A stretch of 64,000 bases of DNA from an uncultured Bacilli bacterium (GCA_947627995.1 CANQYE010000003.1:1304-65303), one strand, 5' to 3'; counted from the stretch's first letter, positions 10,048 through 20,109 are shown. Numbers and translations are program-made. Notes: a model not told the origin generated them from the letters alone.

Positions 10048-11457
10048 ATGAGAAAAAAACTATTATTAATATTAATTTTTTTAATAATTATTTTAATTCT
10101 TTTATTATTATTTTTAGAAATTAAATTAAAAAATAGTAATCAAAATATGAACATGAAATTATTTCAAAATTTAGAAATACAAACTAAAAATACTACTCAA
10201 ACAATATTTGATGAATATAATAAAACACAAAAAGAAAAATTAGAAGCTATTGCTAAAATATATAAAGAAGATATTTTAAATGGGGCTGATCCAGAAGTAA
10301 TTGAAGGAATGATTCCAATATATTATGAAAATGGTCAATGGAAAAAAGCAGATACTAATTCATCATGGTATAGTTATAAAGATTTAAATTGGGCTAATGT
10401 TGCTATACCTGCAAATGAAAAAAAGAATTACTATGAATCTGCAAGTCCTGGTACAATAATTAATGAGGATGAGATTATTGGTTATTTTGTTTGGGTACCT
10501 CGTTTTGAATATAAATTATTTAATGTTAACTTTGAGAAAATAGCTGAGCAAATGATTGAGGTAAATTTTGTTTCTTCAATAGCAGATAAAAAAACCAAAA
10601 TTGAAAATGGCATTTTTTTCACTCACCCAGCTTTTACAGCAAATTTTAACGATAAAACTATTGAACTAAATGGCTTTTGGATTGCAAAATTTGAACCATC
10701 TATTAATAATGATCATATTGAAATAAAACCTAATAAACATACATTAGTTAATATTAATACCGGTAAGATGATTGAATATGCAAATAGTATCAGTACATAT
10801 AATAATTTACAATACGATTCAAGAATTATTACAAATATGGAGTGGGGTGCTATAGCTTATTTATCTCAATCTAATTATGGAAAAGAAAACAATAGTGATT
10901 ATAAAGGTATATCAAAAAAGATATTTTTAAATACTGCTATGGGAAATTCAGAAACTTGGGATAATGTTACAACTGGATGTTCATCTGGCGTTACAGCTAG
11001 TGGTGGAACTTTAAATTGTCCATATTCTTATGATAAAAAATATTATGGAACAGGAGCTTCTTCAACGGGAAACATATATGGAATATATGATTTAGCAGGC
11101 GGATCTTGGGAATGTGTCATGGGCATAATAAGTGATTATCCTGTAAAAGATGATATTGGCGGTTTTGTAGGTAAACTTCCTATTGATAAAAGATATTATA
11201 CACTTTATAAAAATGGTAATATGTATGATTATAGCCGAGGATTAATTGGAGATGCAACAAGAGAAACATTATCAAGTACAATTGAAAATAAAAGCTGGAA
11301 TGGTAATCTTGCTTATTTTGCTACAAAATCATATCCTTGGATTAAGCGTGGTGGAACTTTTAGAGGTGGAACATTTTCAGGTATTTTTGATTATGGCATA
11401 ACAGATGCTCTACCAAGAGGGGATAAAACATTTAGAACAATATTGTCAAAATATTAA
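10048..11457 (+). CDS. Membrane-anchored extracytoplasmic protein with an FGE-sulfatase (SUMF1/EgtB/PvdO, DUF323)-like domain
   Basis: It has an N-terminal TM. Motifs MEWGAIAYL, GIYDLAGGSWECVMG (compare GLYDMSGNVWEWV) and KRGGTFRGG (compare RGGSW) match the FGE fold. Confidence 0.45.
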   Translation: MRKKLLLILIFLIIILILLLLFLEIKLKNSNQNMNMKLFQNLEIQTKNTTQTIFDEYNKTQKEKLEAIAKIYKEDILNGADPEVIEGMIPIYYENGQWKKADTNSSWYSYKDLNWANVAIPANEKKNYYESASPGTIINEDEIIGYFVWVPRFEYKLFNVNFEKIAEQMIEVNFVSSIADKKTKIENGIFFTHPAFTANFNDKTIELNGFWIAKFEPSINNDHIEIKPNKHTLVNINTGKMIEYANSISTYNNLQYDSRIITNMEWGAIAYLSQSNYGKENNSDYKGISKKIFLNTAMGNSETWDNVTTGCSSGVTASGGTLNCPYSYDKKYYGTGASSTGNIYGIYDLAGGSWECVMGIISDYPVKDDIGGFVGKLPIDKRYYTLYKNGNMYDYSRGLIGDATRETLSSTIENKSWNGNLAYFATKSYPWIKRGGTFRGGTFSGIFDYGITDALPRGDKTFRTILSKY

Positions 11458-11467
11458 ATAAAAAATA

Positions 11468-11845
11468 TTATGTATTTTCTTTTTTATTAATACCTATCAT
11501 TGCTCCGATAATACTTGAAGTAAGTAAAATTAGGTAATATAAAATCATAGAAATGTTTATTTTTATTTGAAAAAATAGAATGCTTATAATAAACATTAAT
11601 CCAATTCCTATTAGACCAACTTTAATGCCGGTTAAAAATCCTTTTTTTATAGTTTTTTTACCAAAATAAATCCCTAAATATAAATATAAAAATATAGTAT
11701 TAAGCATAATTAAAATAGATGAAACACTATTATTTAATAAATTAATTAAGTTTAGTAAACTTATAATTAAATTAATACCAAAAATATCAATTAAAATAAT
11801 AAATATTATTTTGTATTTTTTTAATATTTTTTTCAAATTTATCAC
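11468..11845 (-). CDS. Small integral membrane protein (3-4 TM), hypothetical
   Basis: The ORF is hydrophobic with a K-rich N-terminus and is divergent from the DUF421 gene. Confidence 0.4.
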   Translation of the reverse strand: MINLKKILKKYKIIFIILIDIFGINLIISLLNLINLLNNSVSSILIMLNTIFLYLYLGIYFGKKTIKKGFLTGIKVGLIGIGLMFIISILFFQIKINISMILYYLILLTSSIIGAMIGINKKENT

Positions 11846-11910
11846 CTAATAAATATTATGATATGTTTAAAATTTTATGATATAAACCATAATAAAATTA
11901 AGGTGATGAT

Positions 11911-12558
11911 ATGCAAATATTTAGTATTATTTTTAGAACAATATTTTTTTATTTTTTTATAACAGCAAGTTATAGAATCATGGGTAAAAGGGAAATTGGT
12001 CAACTAGGAATAATTGATCTAATTGTTTCAATACTAATTGCGGAATTAGTTGCTATTAGTATTGAAAATATTAATGATTCTATATTTAATACAATATTAC
12101 CTATAGTAGCTTTAGTTTTAATAGAAGTTGTTTTTGGGTTTATATCAATAAAATCTAGAAAATTTCGTAACATTTTTTCTGAAAAGCCATCTATAATTAT
12201 AACTAATGGTAAAATCAATTTTAAAGAAATGGTGAAACAAAGATATACTTTAGATGATCTTTTATTAGAACTTAGACAAAAAAATATAAAAAATATTGAA
12301 GATGTTGAATATGCGGTACTAGAGCCAAATGGAAAATTATCAATATTTAAATATAATTTTTTTAAAACAAAAACTAATTTTCCACTTCCTGTAATAATTG
12401 ATGGTAAAATTCAAAAAAAGACTTTAAAATATATTGATAAAACAGAAAGTTTTATTCGTTATAATTTAAAGAAAAATCATTTAACATTAGATAATATTTT
12501 TTATGGATTTTATAAAACTAATAAATTATATATAATTAAGCGATCTGATTTATTATGA
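11911..12558 (+). CDS. DUF421 (YetF/YdfR-like) membrane protein
   Basis: RIMGKREIGQLGIIDLIVSILIAELVAI is the family signature. Confidence 0.6.
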   Translation: MQIFSIIFRTIFFYFFITASYRIMGKREIGQLGIIDLIVSILIAELVAISIENINDSIFNTILPIVALVLIEVVFGFISIKSRKFRNIFSEKPSIIITNGKINFKEMVKQRYTLDDLLLELRQKNIKNIEDVEYAVLEPNGKLSIFKYNFFKTKTNFPLPVIIDGKIQKKTLKYIDKTESFIRYNLKKNHLTLDNIFYGFYKTNKLYIIKRSDLL

Positions 12559-13205
12559 AAAAAATGATTATATTGATTATATGCTTTATTTTTATCCTAA
12601 CTATAGGTTATAACATATATAGCAAAAAAAATTTATCGGTTTTCAAAGAAGAAAAACAAAAAAACATCGCTTTAACATTCGATGATGGGCCTAAAAAAAG
12701 TACTACTAATAGACTTTTAGATGAATTAAAAAAGCGAAATATTAAAGCGAATTTTTTTGTTTTAGGCATGTATGCTGAAGAAAATCCTGATATAATTTTA
12801 CGTATGATAAACGAAGGACATTTAATTGGAAATCATACATACGATCATAAAAGTTTATATAAAATAAAAGATGATGAAATAAAAGAAGAAGTAAATAAAA
12901 CAAATGAAATAATATATAATATCACAGGAAGGATACCTGAATATTTTCGCCCAAGTTATGGAAACATAAATGAAAAAATACGAAAATTAATACCACTTAA
13001 AGTTGTTAAGTGGACAGTAGATTCAAAAGATTGGGCCTTCCAGAATGTAGATAGAATTTATAATCATGTTATTAATAAAATAAAAGAAAATGACATTATT
13101 TTAATGCATGATATTTATGATACATCAGTTGATGCAGCCTTGAAAATTATAGATAAACTAGAAAAAGAAAATTATAAATTTGTAACTATCGATAAATTAA
13201 TTTAA
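12555..13205 (+). CDS. Polysaccharide deacetylase (NodB homology domain)
   Basis: It has a signal/TM followed by IALTFDDGP and the EGHLIGNHTYDH motifs. Confidence 0.75.
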   Translation: MKKMIILIICFIFILTIGYNIYSKKNLSVFKEEKQKNIALTFDDGPKKSTTNRLLDELKKRNIKANFFVLGMYAEENPDIILRMINEGHLIGNHTYDHKSLYKIKDDEIKEEVNKTNEIIYNITGRIPEYFRPSYGNINEKIRKLIPLKVVKWTVDSKDWAFQNVDRIYNHVINKIKENDIILMHDIYDTSVDAALKIIDKLEKENYKFVTIDKLI

Positions 13206-13259
13206 TTAATACTAGAAGCTTTTTCTATTTTTTTTTGATATAATAAACAAGGTGGTAAC

Positions 13260-15392
13260 ATGGAACAATTAGTTGATAGTATTAGTAATGATTTAAAAAT
13301 TAAAAGTTATCAAGTAAAAGCAGTTTTAGATCTTTTAGAAAATGGAAATACTATTCCTTTCATTGCAAGATATCGTAAAGAAAAAACTGGGTCACTTGAT
13401 GAAGAAACAATTCGTAAAATTCACGATATATACAAATATCAAGTTAATTTATTAAATAAAAAAGAGAGCGTTATTCGTTTAATTGATGAAAAAAATCTTT
13501 TAACAGAAGAGCTTAAAAATAATATTATGAATGCTCAAAAACTTATTGAGGTAGAAGATTTATATCGCCCGTATAAAGAAAAAAAGAAAACAAAAGCAAC
13601 AGAAGCAATAAAAAATGGATTAGAGCCACTTGCAAAAATAATTATGTCTTTTCCAAAAGAAGGTAATGAAAATTCGTTGTGTAAAAGATTTATTAATAAG
13701 AATGTTGCTACTATAGAAGATGCTATTTCTGGGGCTAAAAATATTATTGCAGAATGGGTTTCTGATAATGCATATTATCGAAAATACATTAGAAATAAAA
13801 TTTATCAAGAGGGAATAATTACTATTAAAAAAAGAAAAGAAAAAGAAGATAAAAATAATACATACGAAATGTATTACAATTATCAAGAACAAATAAATAA
13901 AATAAAACCCCATCGAATATTAGCTATTAATCGTGGCGAAAAAGAAAAAATTTTATCTGTTTCTATTGAAATTAATAACGAAAATATATTAAAATTTTTA
14001 GAAAGCAAAATAATTAAAGAAAAATCATATATTAATCATATTATACTAGATGCGATTTCCGATAGCTATAAAAGACTAATATTTCCTAGTGTAGAAAGAG
14101 AAGTAAGAGCAGAATTAAAAGAAAAAGCTGAAGAAGTTGCTATAGATAATTTTGCAAAAAATGTAGAAGCATTACTTTTAACCCCGCCTATTAAAAATAG
14201 TGTAGTTATGGGTTTTGATCCGGCTTATAAAACAGGTTGTAAACTAGCAATTTTAGATCCATTTGGTAAAGTTTTAAAAATAAGTGTTATCTATCCTACA
14301 AAACCACATGAAAAAATAGCTGAAAGTAAAAAAATAATATTAGATTTAATTGATAAATATAATGTTGATATCATTGCTATTGGAAATGGTACTGCTTCTA
14401 GAGAAAGTGAAAAATTTATCGCTGATACTATTAAAGACGCAAAAAGAAAAGTTGAATATGCAATTGTTTCAGAAGCTGGTGCAAGCGTTTATTCTGCATC
14501 TCCATTAGCAATAAATGAATTTCCTAATTTAACAGTCGAAAAAAGAAGTGCAATAAGTATTGGTAGACGATTACAAGATGCTTTATCCGAATTAGTTAAA
14601 ATTGATCCTAAAAGTATTGGAGTAGGTTTATATCAGCATGATGTTCAAGAAAAAAAACTTGATGAAAGTCTAAATTTTGTTGTTACAAAAACGGTAAATA
14701 GAGTAGGAGTAAATATAAATACTGCTTCCTCATCTCTTTTAAGCTATGTTTCAGGCTTAACAAAAAATGCTATAAAAGCAATAACAGATTATAAAAACTC
14801 TCATGGTCATATAAATTCTCGAGACGAAATAAAAAATATTAAAGGGATAACTCCTAAAATATATGAACAATCTATTGGTTTTATGCGTATTATAGATGGT
14901 ATTAATCCTTTAGATAAAACATCTATTCACCCAGAAAATTATGATGCTGTAAATATTTTGCTTAAAAGTTTGGATTTAAAAAGTGAAGATCTAGGTAGTA
15001 AAAAGTTTATTGAAAAGCTAAGTTCTATAGATAAAAATAAATTAAACTTAGGTTTAGATAGTTATACATTAGATGATATTATATCTTCGTTAATAAAGCC
15101 AAATCGTGACCCTCGTGATAATATACCTAAGCCTATATTAAAAAGCGATATTTTAAATATAGATGATTTACATATTGGAGATAAATTACAAGGGACTATC
15201 AGAAATATTGTGGATTTTGGTTTATTTATCGATATTGGATTGCATAACGATGGACTTGCTCATATTACAAATTTAACTAAAAAATATATTAAGCATCCAT
15301 CTGAATTATTTAGTGTTGGAGATATTGTTGATTGTTATGTTATAAATATAAATAAAGATAATGAAAAAGTATCATTAAGTTTAATTCAATAG
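13260..15392 (+). CDS. tex: Tex-like transcription accessory protein (YqgF/HhH/S1 domains)
   Basis: The N-terminus VKAVLDLLENGNTIPFIARYRKEKTG is diagnostic. The C-terminus carries an S1 domain. Confidence 0.85.
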   Translation: MEQLVDSISNDLKIKSYQVKAVLDLLENGNTIPFIARYRKEKTGSLDEETIRKIHDIYKYQVNLLNKKESVIRLIDEKNLLTEELKNNIMNAQKLIEVEDLYRPYKEKKKTKATEAIKNGLEPLAKIIMSFPKEGNENSLCKRFINKNVATIEDAISGAKNIIAEWVSDNAYYRKYIRNKIYQEGIITIKKRKEKEDKNNTYEMYYNYQEQINKIKPHRILAINRGEKEKILSVSIEINNENILKFLESKIIKEKSYINHIILDAISDSYKRLIFPSVEREVRAELKEKAEEVAIDNFAKNVEALLLTPPIKNSVVMGFDPAYKTGCKLAILDPFGKVLKISVIYPTKPHEKIAESKKIILDLIDKYNVDIIAIGNGTASRESEKFIADTIKDAKRKVEYAIVSEAGASVYSASPLAINEFPNLTVEKRSAISIGRRLQDALSELVKIDPKSIGVGLYQHDVQEKKLDESLNFVVTKTVNRVGVNINTASSSLLSYVSGLTKNAIKAITDYKNSHGHINSRDEIKNIKGITPKIYEQSIGFMRIIDGINPLDKTSIHPENYDAVNILLKSLDLKSEDLGSKKFIEKLSSIDKNKLNLGLDSYTLDDIISSLIKPNRDPRDNIPKPILKSDILNIDDLHIGDKLQGTIRNIVDFGLFIDIGLHNDGLAHITNLTKKYIKHPSELFSVGDIVDCYVININKDNEKVSLSLIQ

Positions 15393-15449
15393 TTTTTTAA
15401 TTGATTAAAACAATTATTTTTGATAAAATTTTATTTGGAAGGAGTATTT

Positions 15450-16334
15450 ATGAAAAGCGGTTTTGTTAGTATTATTGGTCGACCAAACGTTGGAAAAAGT
15501 ACTTTACTTGATCATATTATAAAAATGCATGTAGCAATTACTTCGAATAAACCAGGTACTACTAGAAATGTAATTCAGGGAATATATAATGATAATGATT
15601 CACAAATTGTTTTTGTTGATACTCCAGGTTTTACTAAAGAAAAAAATAAATTGGGAAAATTATTAAATAAACAAGCCCAAGCAATGCTTTTAGATGTAGA
15701 TTTAATTTTGTTTTTAGTTGATGGAAGTACAAATCTTGGTGAAGGCGATAAAGCAATTATGAAAAGTTTAGAAAAGACTGAATCACCAGTAATTCTTGTT
15801 ATTAATAAAATAGATAAAATAAAACAAGAAGAAATTCTTTTAAAAATTAGCGAATACAAAGATATGTTTCCATTCGTTGCAATTATTCCAATTTCAGCTT
15901 TAAATGAAAATAATATTTCTACCTTAATTGAAGAAATTAAAAAGTACTTGACAGATGATATGAAATACTTTGATGAATCAACATATACAACTAGCAGCGT
16001 CCAATTTATGGCTAGTGAATATGTAAGAGAAAAATTACTTGAAGAATTGGAACAAGAAATACCACATAGAATAACTTGTGTTACCGAAAAATTTGAAGAA
16101 ACAGAAGATCTCGCTAAAATATTTATAAACATAATAGTAGATAAAGATAGCTTAAAAAAAATTATTATCGGTAAAAAAGGAGAACGAATTAAAAGAGTTG
16201 GTATTAAAGCCCGTAACGATATAGAAAAGTTAATTGGGAAAAAAGTATATTTAGAATTGTTTGTGAAAACTATTCCAAATTGGTTAGATAAAGAAAAATA
16301 TTTACTAGATTTAGGTTTTAAAGATTTTGAATAA
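15450..16334 (+). CDS. era: GTPase Era
   Basis: MKSGFVSIIGRPNVGKSTLLN, DTPG and NKID G-motifs are present, with a C-terminal KH domain. ATG follows a GGAAGGAG Shine-Dalgarno sequence; the ORF track start at 15420 is less likely. Confidence 0.9.
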   Translation: MKSGFVSIIGRPNVGKSTLLDHIIKMHVAITSNKPGTTRNVIQGIYNDNDSQIVFVDTPGFTKEKNKLGKLLNKQAQAMLLDVDLILFLVDGSTNLGEGDKAIMKSLEKTESPVILVINKIDKIKQEEILLKISEYKDMFPFVAIIPISALNENNISTLIEEIKKYLTDDMKYFDESTYTTSSVQFMASEYVREKLLEELEQEIPHRITCVTEKFEETEDLAKIFINIIVDKDSLKKIIIGKKGERIKRVGIKARNDIEKLIGKKVYLELFVKTIPNWLDKEKYLLDLGFKDFE

Positions 16335-16384
16335 AAAATATTTATTTATCACAATATATAATTAAGAAAGGGTATTGTGATAAA

Positions 16385-16465
16385 ATGAAGAAAGAAGAAG
16401 CTTGGAAAAAATTTAAAGAAACCGGTAAAATAGAATATTATCTAAAATACAAAAAATCGAAGTGA
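16385..16465 (+). CDS. yqzL: YqzL-family small protein (26 aa) between era and recO
   Basis: MKKEEAWKKFKETGKIEYYLKYKKSK matches the W..F..TG.I..YL.YK pattern of YqzL, in the same position as in B. subtilis. It is too short to appear in the ORF track. Confidence 0.4.
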   Translation: MKKEEAWKKFKETGKIEYYLKYKKSK

Positions 16466-16476
16466 AGTGATTTTAT

Positions 16477-17208
16477 TTGATTAAAAAAGTAGAAGGAATA
16501 ATAATAAAAGAAACACCATATAGTGAAACTTCTAAAATTTTAAATGTTTTAACCTCTGATGGCATAGTAATTGGGTTGATGGCTAAAGGAGCTAGAAATA
16601 TAAAAAGCAAATTAAGAAGTTACACAAATTTATTTACATATGGTGTTTTTAATATATATTATAAAGAAAATAAATTATCTACATTAGTATCTGTAGATAT
16701 TATTAATGATTTAAAAGTAATAAAAAGTGATATTATACTTATTAGTTATTTAAATTATTTAACAGAACTTACTACTCAAGTTTTAAAACAATTAAAAGAT
16801 AAAGAAATTTATAATCTCTATATTAATGCAATTTTAAAAATTAATGAATTATTTGATCCATTAGTAATTACTAATATTTTAGAAATAAAATATTTAGATT
16901 ATTTGGGTGTTTCCCTTAATTTAGAAAGTTGTGTTAAATGTGGTAATATGAGTAATATTGTAACTATTGACGGCGATGCAGGGGGATATATATGTAAAAA
17001 TTGTTATACGAATGAATTAATCATATCACCAAAAACGATTAAAATGCTTAGAATGTATTATTATGTAGATATAAAAAGTATTACAAAACTGAATATAAAA
17101 AAAGAAGTTATTAATGAAATAAATTATTTTTTAGATAAATATTATGAAAGATATACTGGATTATATTTACATAGCAAAGAATTTTTAAAAAATGTTATTA
17201 ATTTGTAA
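16477..17208 (+). CDS. recO: DNA repair protein RecO
   Basis: It has an N-terminal OB fold (VEGIIIKETPYSETSKIL) and C-terminal Cys pairs (CVKCG...CKNC). Translation starts at TTG. Confidence 0.8.
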   Translation: MIKKVEGIIIKETPYSETSKILNVLTSDGIVIGLMAKGARNIKSKLRSYTNLFTYGVFNIYYKENKLSTLVSVDIINDLKVIKSDIILISYLNYLTELTTQVLKQLKDKEIYNLYINAILKINELFDPLVITNILEIKYLDYLGVSLNLESCVKCGNMSNIVTIDGDAGGYICKNCYTNELIISPKTIKMLRMYYYVDIKSITKLNIKKEVINEINYFLDKYYERYTGLYLHSKEFLKNVINL

Positions 17209-17214
17209 TAAATC

Positions 17215-17368
17215 CTTGTTTTAAATTCAATTGTCATATATAATAAATGTATAAAGCAAAGATGGATGTGGAAAATCTGGAGCTATATAAATTTAAGAGA
17301 TCTCAAAAAAGAGATAAGTAAGGTGGAACCGCGGGATTTACTCGTCCTTACAATATCTTTTTTGAGTT
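17215..17368 (+). promoter_or_regulatory. T-box riboswitch leader (minimal type, Gly expected) preceding the LOG-glyQS operon
   Basis: The T-box sequence AGGTGGAACCGCGGG lies at 17320-17334 and a terminator hairpin plus T-run ends at 17361. Several GGA triplets in stem I are candidate specifiers. Confidence 0.65.
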
Positions 17369-17392
17369 TTTTAATTTTAGGAGGTAAATTTT

Positions 17393-17950
17393 ATGAATGT
17401 ATTTATTGCTAGTTCGGCAAGTAAAACTATTGATTCTAAGTATTTAAATTTAGCAAAAGAAACTGCTACTTATTTAGCAAAAGAAGGCCTAGATTTAGTT
17501 TTTGGTGGGGCTAATTTTTCAATGATGGGAGAATGCTTTAAAGCTTTTGTATCTGAAAAAAGAAAAATAGAAGCATTTACAGTTGATTTTTATAAAAATG
17601 ATTTAGAAGAATTAAATGAAGCGAATTGTCATTTAGTAAGCGATACTTTAATTAGATTTAAAAAAATGTATGAAATGTCTGATATTATAGTTATTTTACC
17701 AGGAGGAATTGGAACCTTAGCAGAATTTTGTAGTGCCCTAGAAGAATTTAGAAGTAATATCGAAAAGAAACTTATTATAATTTATAATATAGATGGATAT
17801 TATTCTAAAATATTTGAATGGATGAATCAAAATATTAATGAAGGTTTTTTAAATCAAACAATTAATAATGATTTTAAAGTTGTCGAAGATATTGATACTT
17901 TAAAGTTATATGTAAAAGATTTTATGGAGGCGAAAAATGGAAAAAATTAA
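17393..17950 (+). CDS. LOG-family (TIGR00730, YvdD-like) Rossmann-fold nucleotide-binding protein
   Basis: LVFGGANFSMMG and the PGGIGTLAEF motif (LOG family PGGxGTxxE) are present, plus NIDGYY. Confidence 0.75.
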   Translation: MNVFIASSASKTIDSKYLNLAKETATYLAKEGLDLVFGGANFSMMGECFKAFVSEKRKIEAFTVDFYKNDLEELNEANCHLVSDTLIRFKKMYEMSDIIVILPGGIGTLAEFCSALEEFRSNIEKKLIIIYNIDGYYSKIFEWMNQNINEGFLNQTINNDFKVVEDIDTLKLYVKDFMEAKNGKN

Positions 17951-19325
17951 AATGGATGATTTAGTAAATTATTGTAAAAATTATGGCTTTATTTTTCAAG
18001 GAAGCAGTATTTATGGCGGATTATCTAATTCGTGGGATTATGGGCCATTAGGTAGAGAATTGAAAGAAAATATAAAAAAATGCTGGTGGCAAAAATTTAT
18101 TCAAGAAAATCCATATAATTTTGGAATAGATAGTGCAATACTAATGAACCCAAATGTTTGGATATCAAGTGGCCATGTTACAAACTTTAACGATCCGTTA
18201 ATTGATTGTAAAAATTGTAAAAAACGTTATCGAGCAGATAATTTAATAGAAGAATTTGCTAAATCAAACAATGTTACAATCCCAGTTGAAGGAAAAAGTG
18301 GAGAAGAATTAGTTAATATAATAAAAAGTTATAATATTACTTGCCCTAGTTGTCATAAAAATGATTTTACTGATATACGTAAATTTAATCTTTTATTTGA
18401 AACCAATATGGGTGTTACCGAAGATACTAAAAATAAAGTCTATTTAAGAGGAGAAACTGCTCAAGGAATTTTTATCAATTTCTTAAATGTTCAACGAAGC
18501 ATGCGTTTAAAATTGCCATTTGGAATTGGACAAATTGGTAAAAGTTTTCGTAACGAGATAACTCCTGGTAACTTTATATTTAGAATGCGAGAATTTGAAC
18601 AAATGGAATTAGAGTTTTTTTGTAAGCCCGGAACAGATTTAGAATGGTTTGGTTATTACAAAAATTTTTGCTTAGAATTTTTAAAAGAATTAGGAATTAA
18701 AAAAGAAAATCTTAGATTTAGAGATCATGCAAAAGAAGAGTTATCATTTTATTCCAAAGCAACAACGGATATCGAATATAAATTTCCATTTGGTTGGGGA
18801 GAATTATGGGGAATAGCTGATAGAACTGATTATGATTTAAGTGTACATGAAAAAGGATCAAAAACAGATTTAAAATATTTAGATCCTATAACTAATGAAA
18901 AGTATTTACCATATGTAATTGAACCATCATTAGGATTAGATAGAACTTTTTTAACTATCATATGTGATGCATACAATAAAGAAGTGTTAGAAGATAACAG
19001 TGAAAGAGAAGTATTAAAAATACATCCTTATTTAGCCCCTATTAAAGTAACAATTTTACCTTTAGTAAAAAAATATCATACAAATAAGGCATTAGAAATA
19101 TATGAAGAATTATGTAAATTTTATAACATTTCTTTTGATGATGCTGGTTCAATAGGTAAAAGATATAGAAGAGCTGATGCAGTTGGGACGCCATATTGTA
19201 TAACTGTTGATGATGATACATTAAAATATAATACTATTACTATAAGAAATAGGGATACCATGGAACAAGAAAAACTTAATATAAAAGAAATCATTAATTA
19301 TTTAAACAAAAATATAAAATTTTAA
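17937..19325 (+). CDS. glyQS: Glycyl-tRNA synthetase, dimeric alpha2 type
   Basis: GFIFQGSSIYGGLSNSWDYGPLG, class II motifs and a C-terminal anticodon-binding domain are present. Its start overlaps the LOG gene by 14 nt. Confidence 0.9.
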   Translation: MEKIKMDDLVNYCKNYGFIFQGSSIYGGLSNSWDYGPLGRELKENIKKCWWQKFIQENPYNFGIDSAILMNPNVWISSGHVTNFNDPLIDCKNCKKRYRADNLIEEFAKSNNVTIPVEGKSGEELVNIIKSYNITCPSCHKNDFTDIRKFNLLFETNMGVTEDTKNKVYLRGETAQGIFINFLNVQRSMRLKLPFGIGQIGKSFRNEITPGNFIFRMREFEQMELEFFCKPGTDLEWFGYYKNFCLEFLKELGIKKENLRFRDHAKEELSFYSKATTDIEYKFPFGWGELWGIADRTDYDLSVHEKGSKTDLKYLDPITNEKYLPYVIEPSLGLDRTFLTIICDAYNKEVLEDNSEREVLKIHPYLAPIKVTILPLVKKYHTNKALEIYEELCKFYNISFDDAGSIGKRYRRADAVGTPYCITVDDDTLKYNTITIRNRDTMEQEKLNIKEIINYLNKNIKF

Positions 19326-19355
19326 TTGACACAAAAGCTAAAAAGATTATATAAT
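19326..19355 (+). promoter_or_regulatory. Consensus sigma-A promoter (TTGACA, 18 nt, TATAAT) of the pilin gene
   Basis: The sequence TTGACAcaaaagctaaaaagattaTATAAT is read directly. Confidence 0.5.
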
Positions 19356-19382
19356 TATTTTAGTATAAAGGAGAGTATTTAA

Positions 19383-19829
19383 ATGAGAAAATTAAATAAA
19401 AAAGGTTTTACATTAATTGAATTATTAGCAGTAATAGTAATTTTAGCTGTCTTAATACTTCTTGCCTTACCAAATGTTTTAAGACTTATGAATAATGCTA
19501 AAATTGATTCATTTAAAGTTGAAGCACAAACTATATTAAGTGCAGCTGAACAAGCGTATACAGCAAATTTAGTAAGTGGAACTGCAGGCTCCACTAAATG
19601 TTGGGTATATAATGATACCTCTTTAGGAGATTATGTAGATATTAAAACATCTTATGAAGGAAAAGTAGTAAGAGAAGGCGAAGGAACTTTTAAAATATAT
19701 TTACACGATAAATCAAATAAGTATTATATAAATGGTAAAGATAAAAATGAAATATCATCATTAAATAGAACCGATATATATATTAATACTGATGAAGCAC
19801 CTTCTGGTTTTAGTACAACTTGTAGTTGA
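19383..19829 (+). CDS. Type IV pilin / ComGC-like prepilin (N-terminal cleavage/methylation domain)
   Basis: KKGFTLIELLAVIVILAVLILLALP is the canonical prepilin peptidase site (G-F-T-L-I-E). A mature domain of about 120 aa follows. Confidence 0.75.
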   Translation: MRKLNKKGFTLIELLAVIVILAVLILLALPNVLRLMNNAKIDSFKVEAQTILSAAEQAYTANLVSGTAGSTKCWVYNDTSLGDYVDIKTSYEGKVVREGEGTFKIYLHDKSNKYYINGKDKNEISSLNRTDIYINTDEAPSGFSTTCS

Positions 19830-19930
19830 TAATATCAAAAACAAACTTAATGCATATAATAAAGTAGAAAATAAAATTTTTACTTTATTTTTTTTTAATT
19901 ATCTGTTATACTTAATAAGTAATTGATTTC

Positions 19931-20007
19931 CGGGAAGTAGCACAGCTTGGTAGTGCACTTGGTTTGGGACCAAGGGGTCGCAGGTTCGAATCCTGTCTTC
20001 CCGACCA
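19931..20007 (+). tRNA. tRNA-Pro (UGG)
   Basis: A cloverleaf is found by eye: acceptor CGGGAAG/CTTCCCG, anticodon loop TTTGGGA, T-arm GGTTCGAATCC, and an encoded CCA. Confidence 0.9.
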
Positions 20008-20023
20008 TTTTATTAAAACATAA

Positions 20024-20052
20024 GCATAATTTTTATAAATTGTGCTTTTTTT
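20024..20052 (+). terminator. Rho-independent terminator after tRNA-Pro
   Basis: gcataatttttataaattgtgc followed by a T-run. Confidence 0.5.
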
Positions 20053-20109
20053 ATTCAAAATTAAAGTTTAATTTAATTAAAAAAGTGTAAATTAAAAATA
20101 GGTGATCAC

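Noticed and set aside
15575-16132. 185-aa minus-strand ORF antisense to era, and the many other 60-130-aa antisense ORFs in the track (for example 572-847, 4053-4313, 13620-13913, 41134-41514, 58140-58661 and 59727-60236)
   Set aside because: All lie entirely within well-supported genes on the opposite strand. Their translations are low-complexity I/L/F/S-rich as expected from reverse-reading AT-rich coding DNA, with no Shine-Dalgarno sequences.
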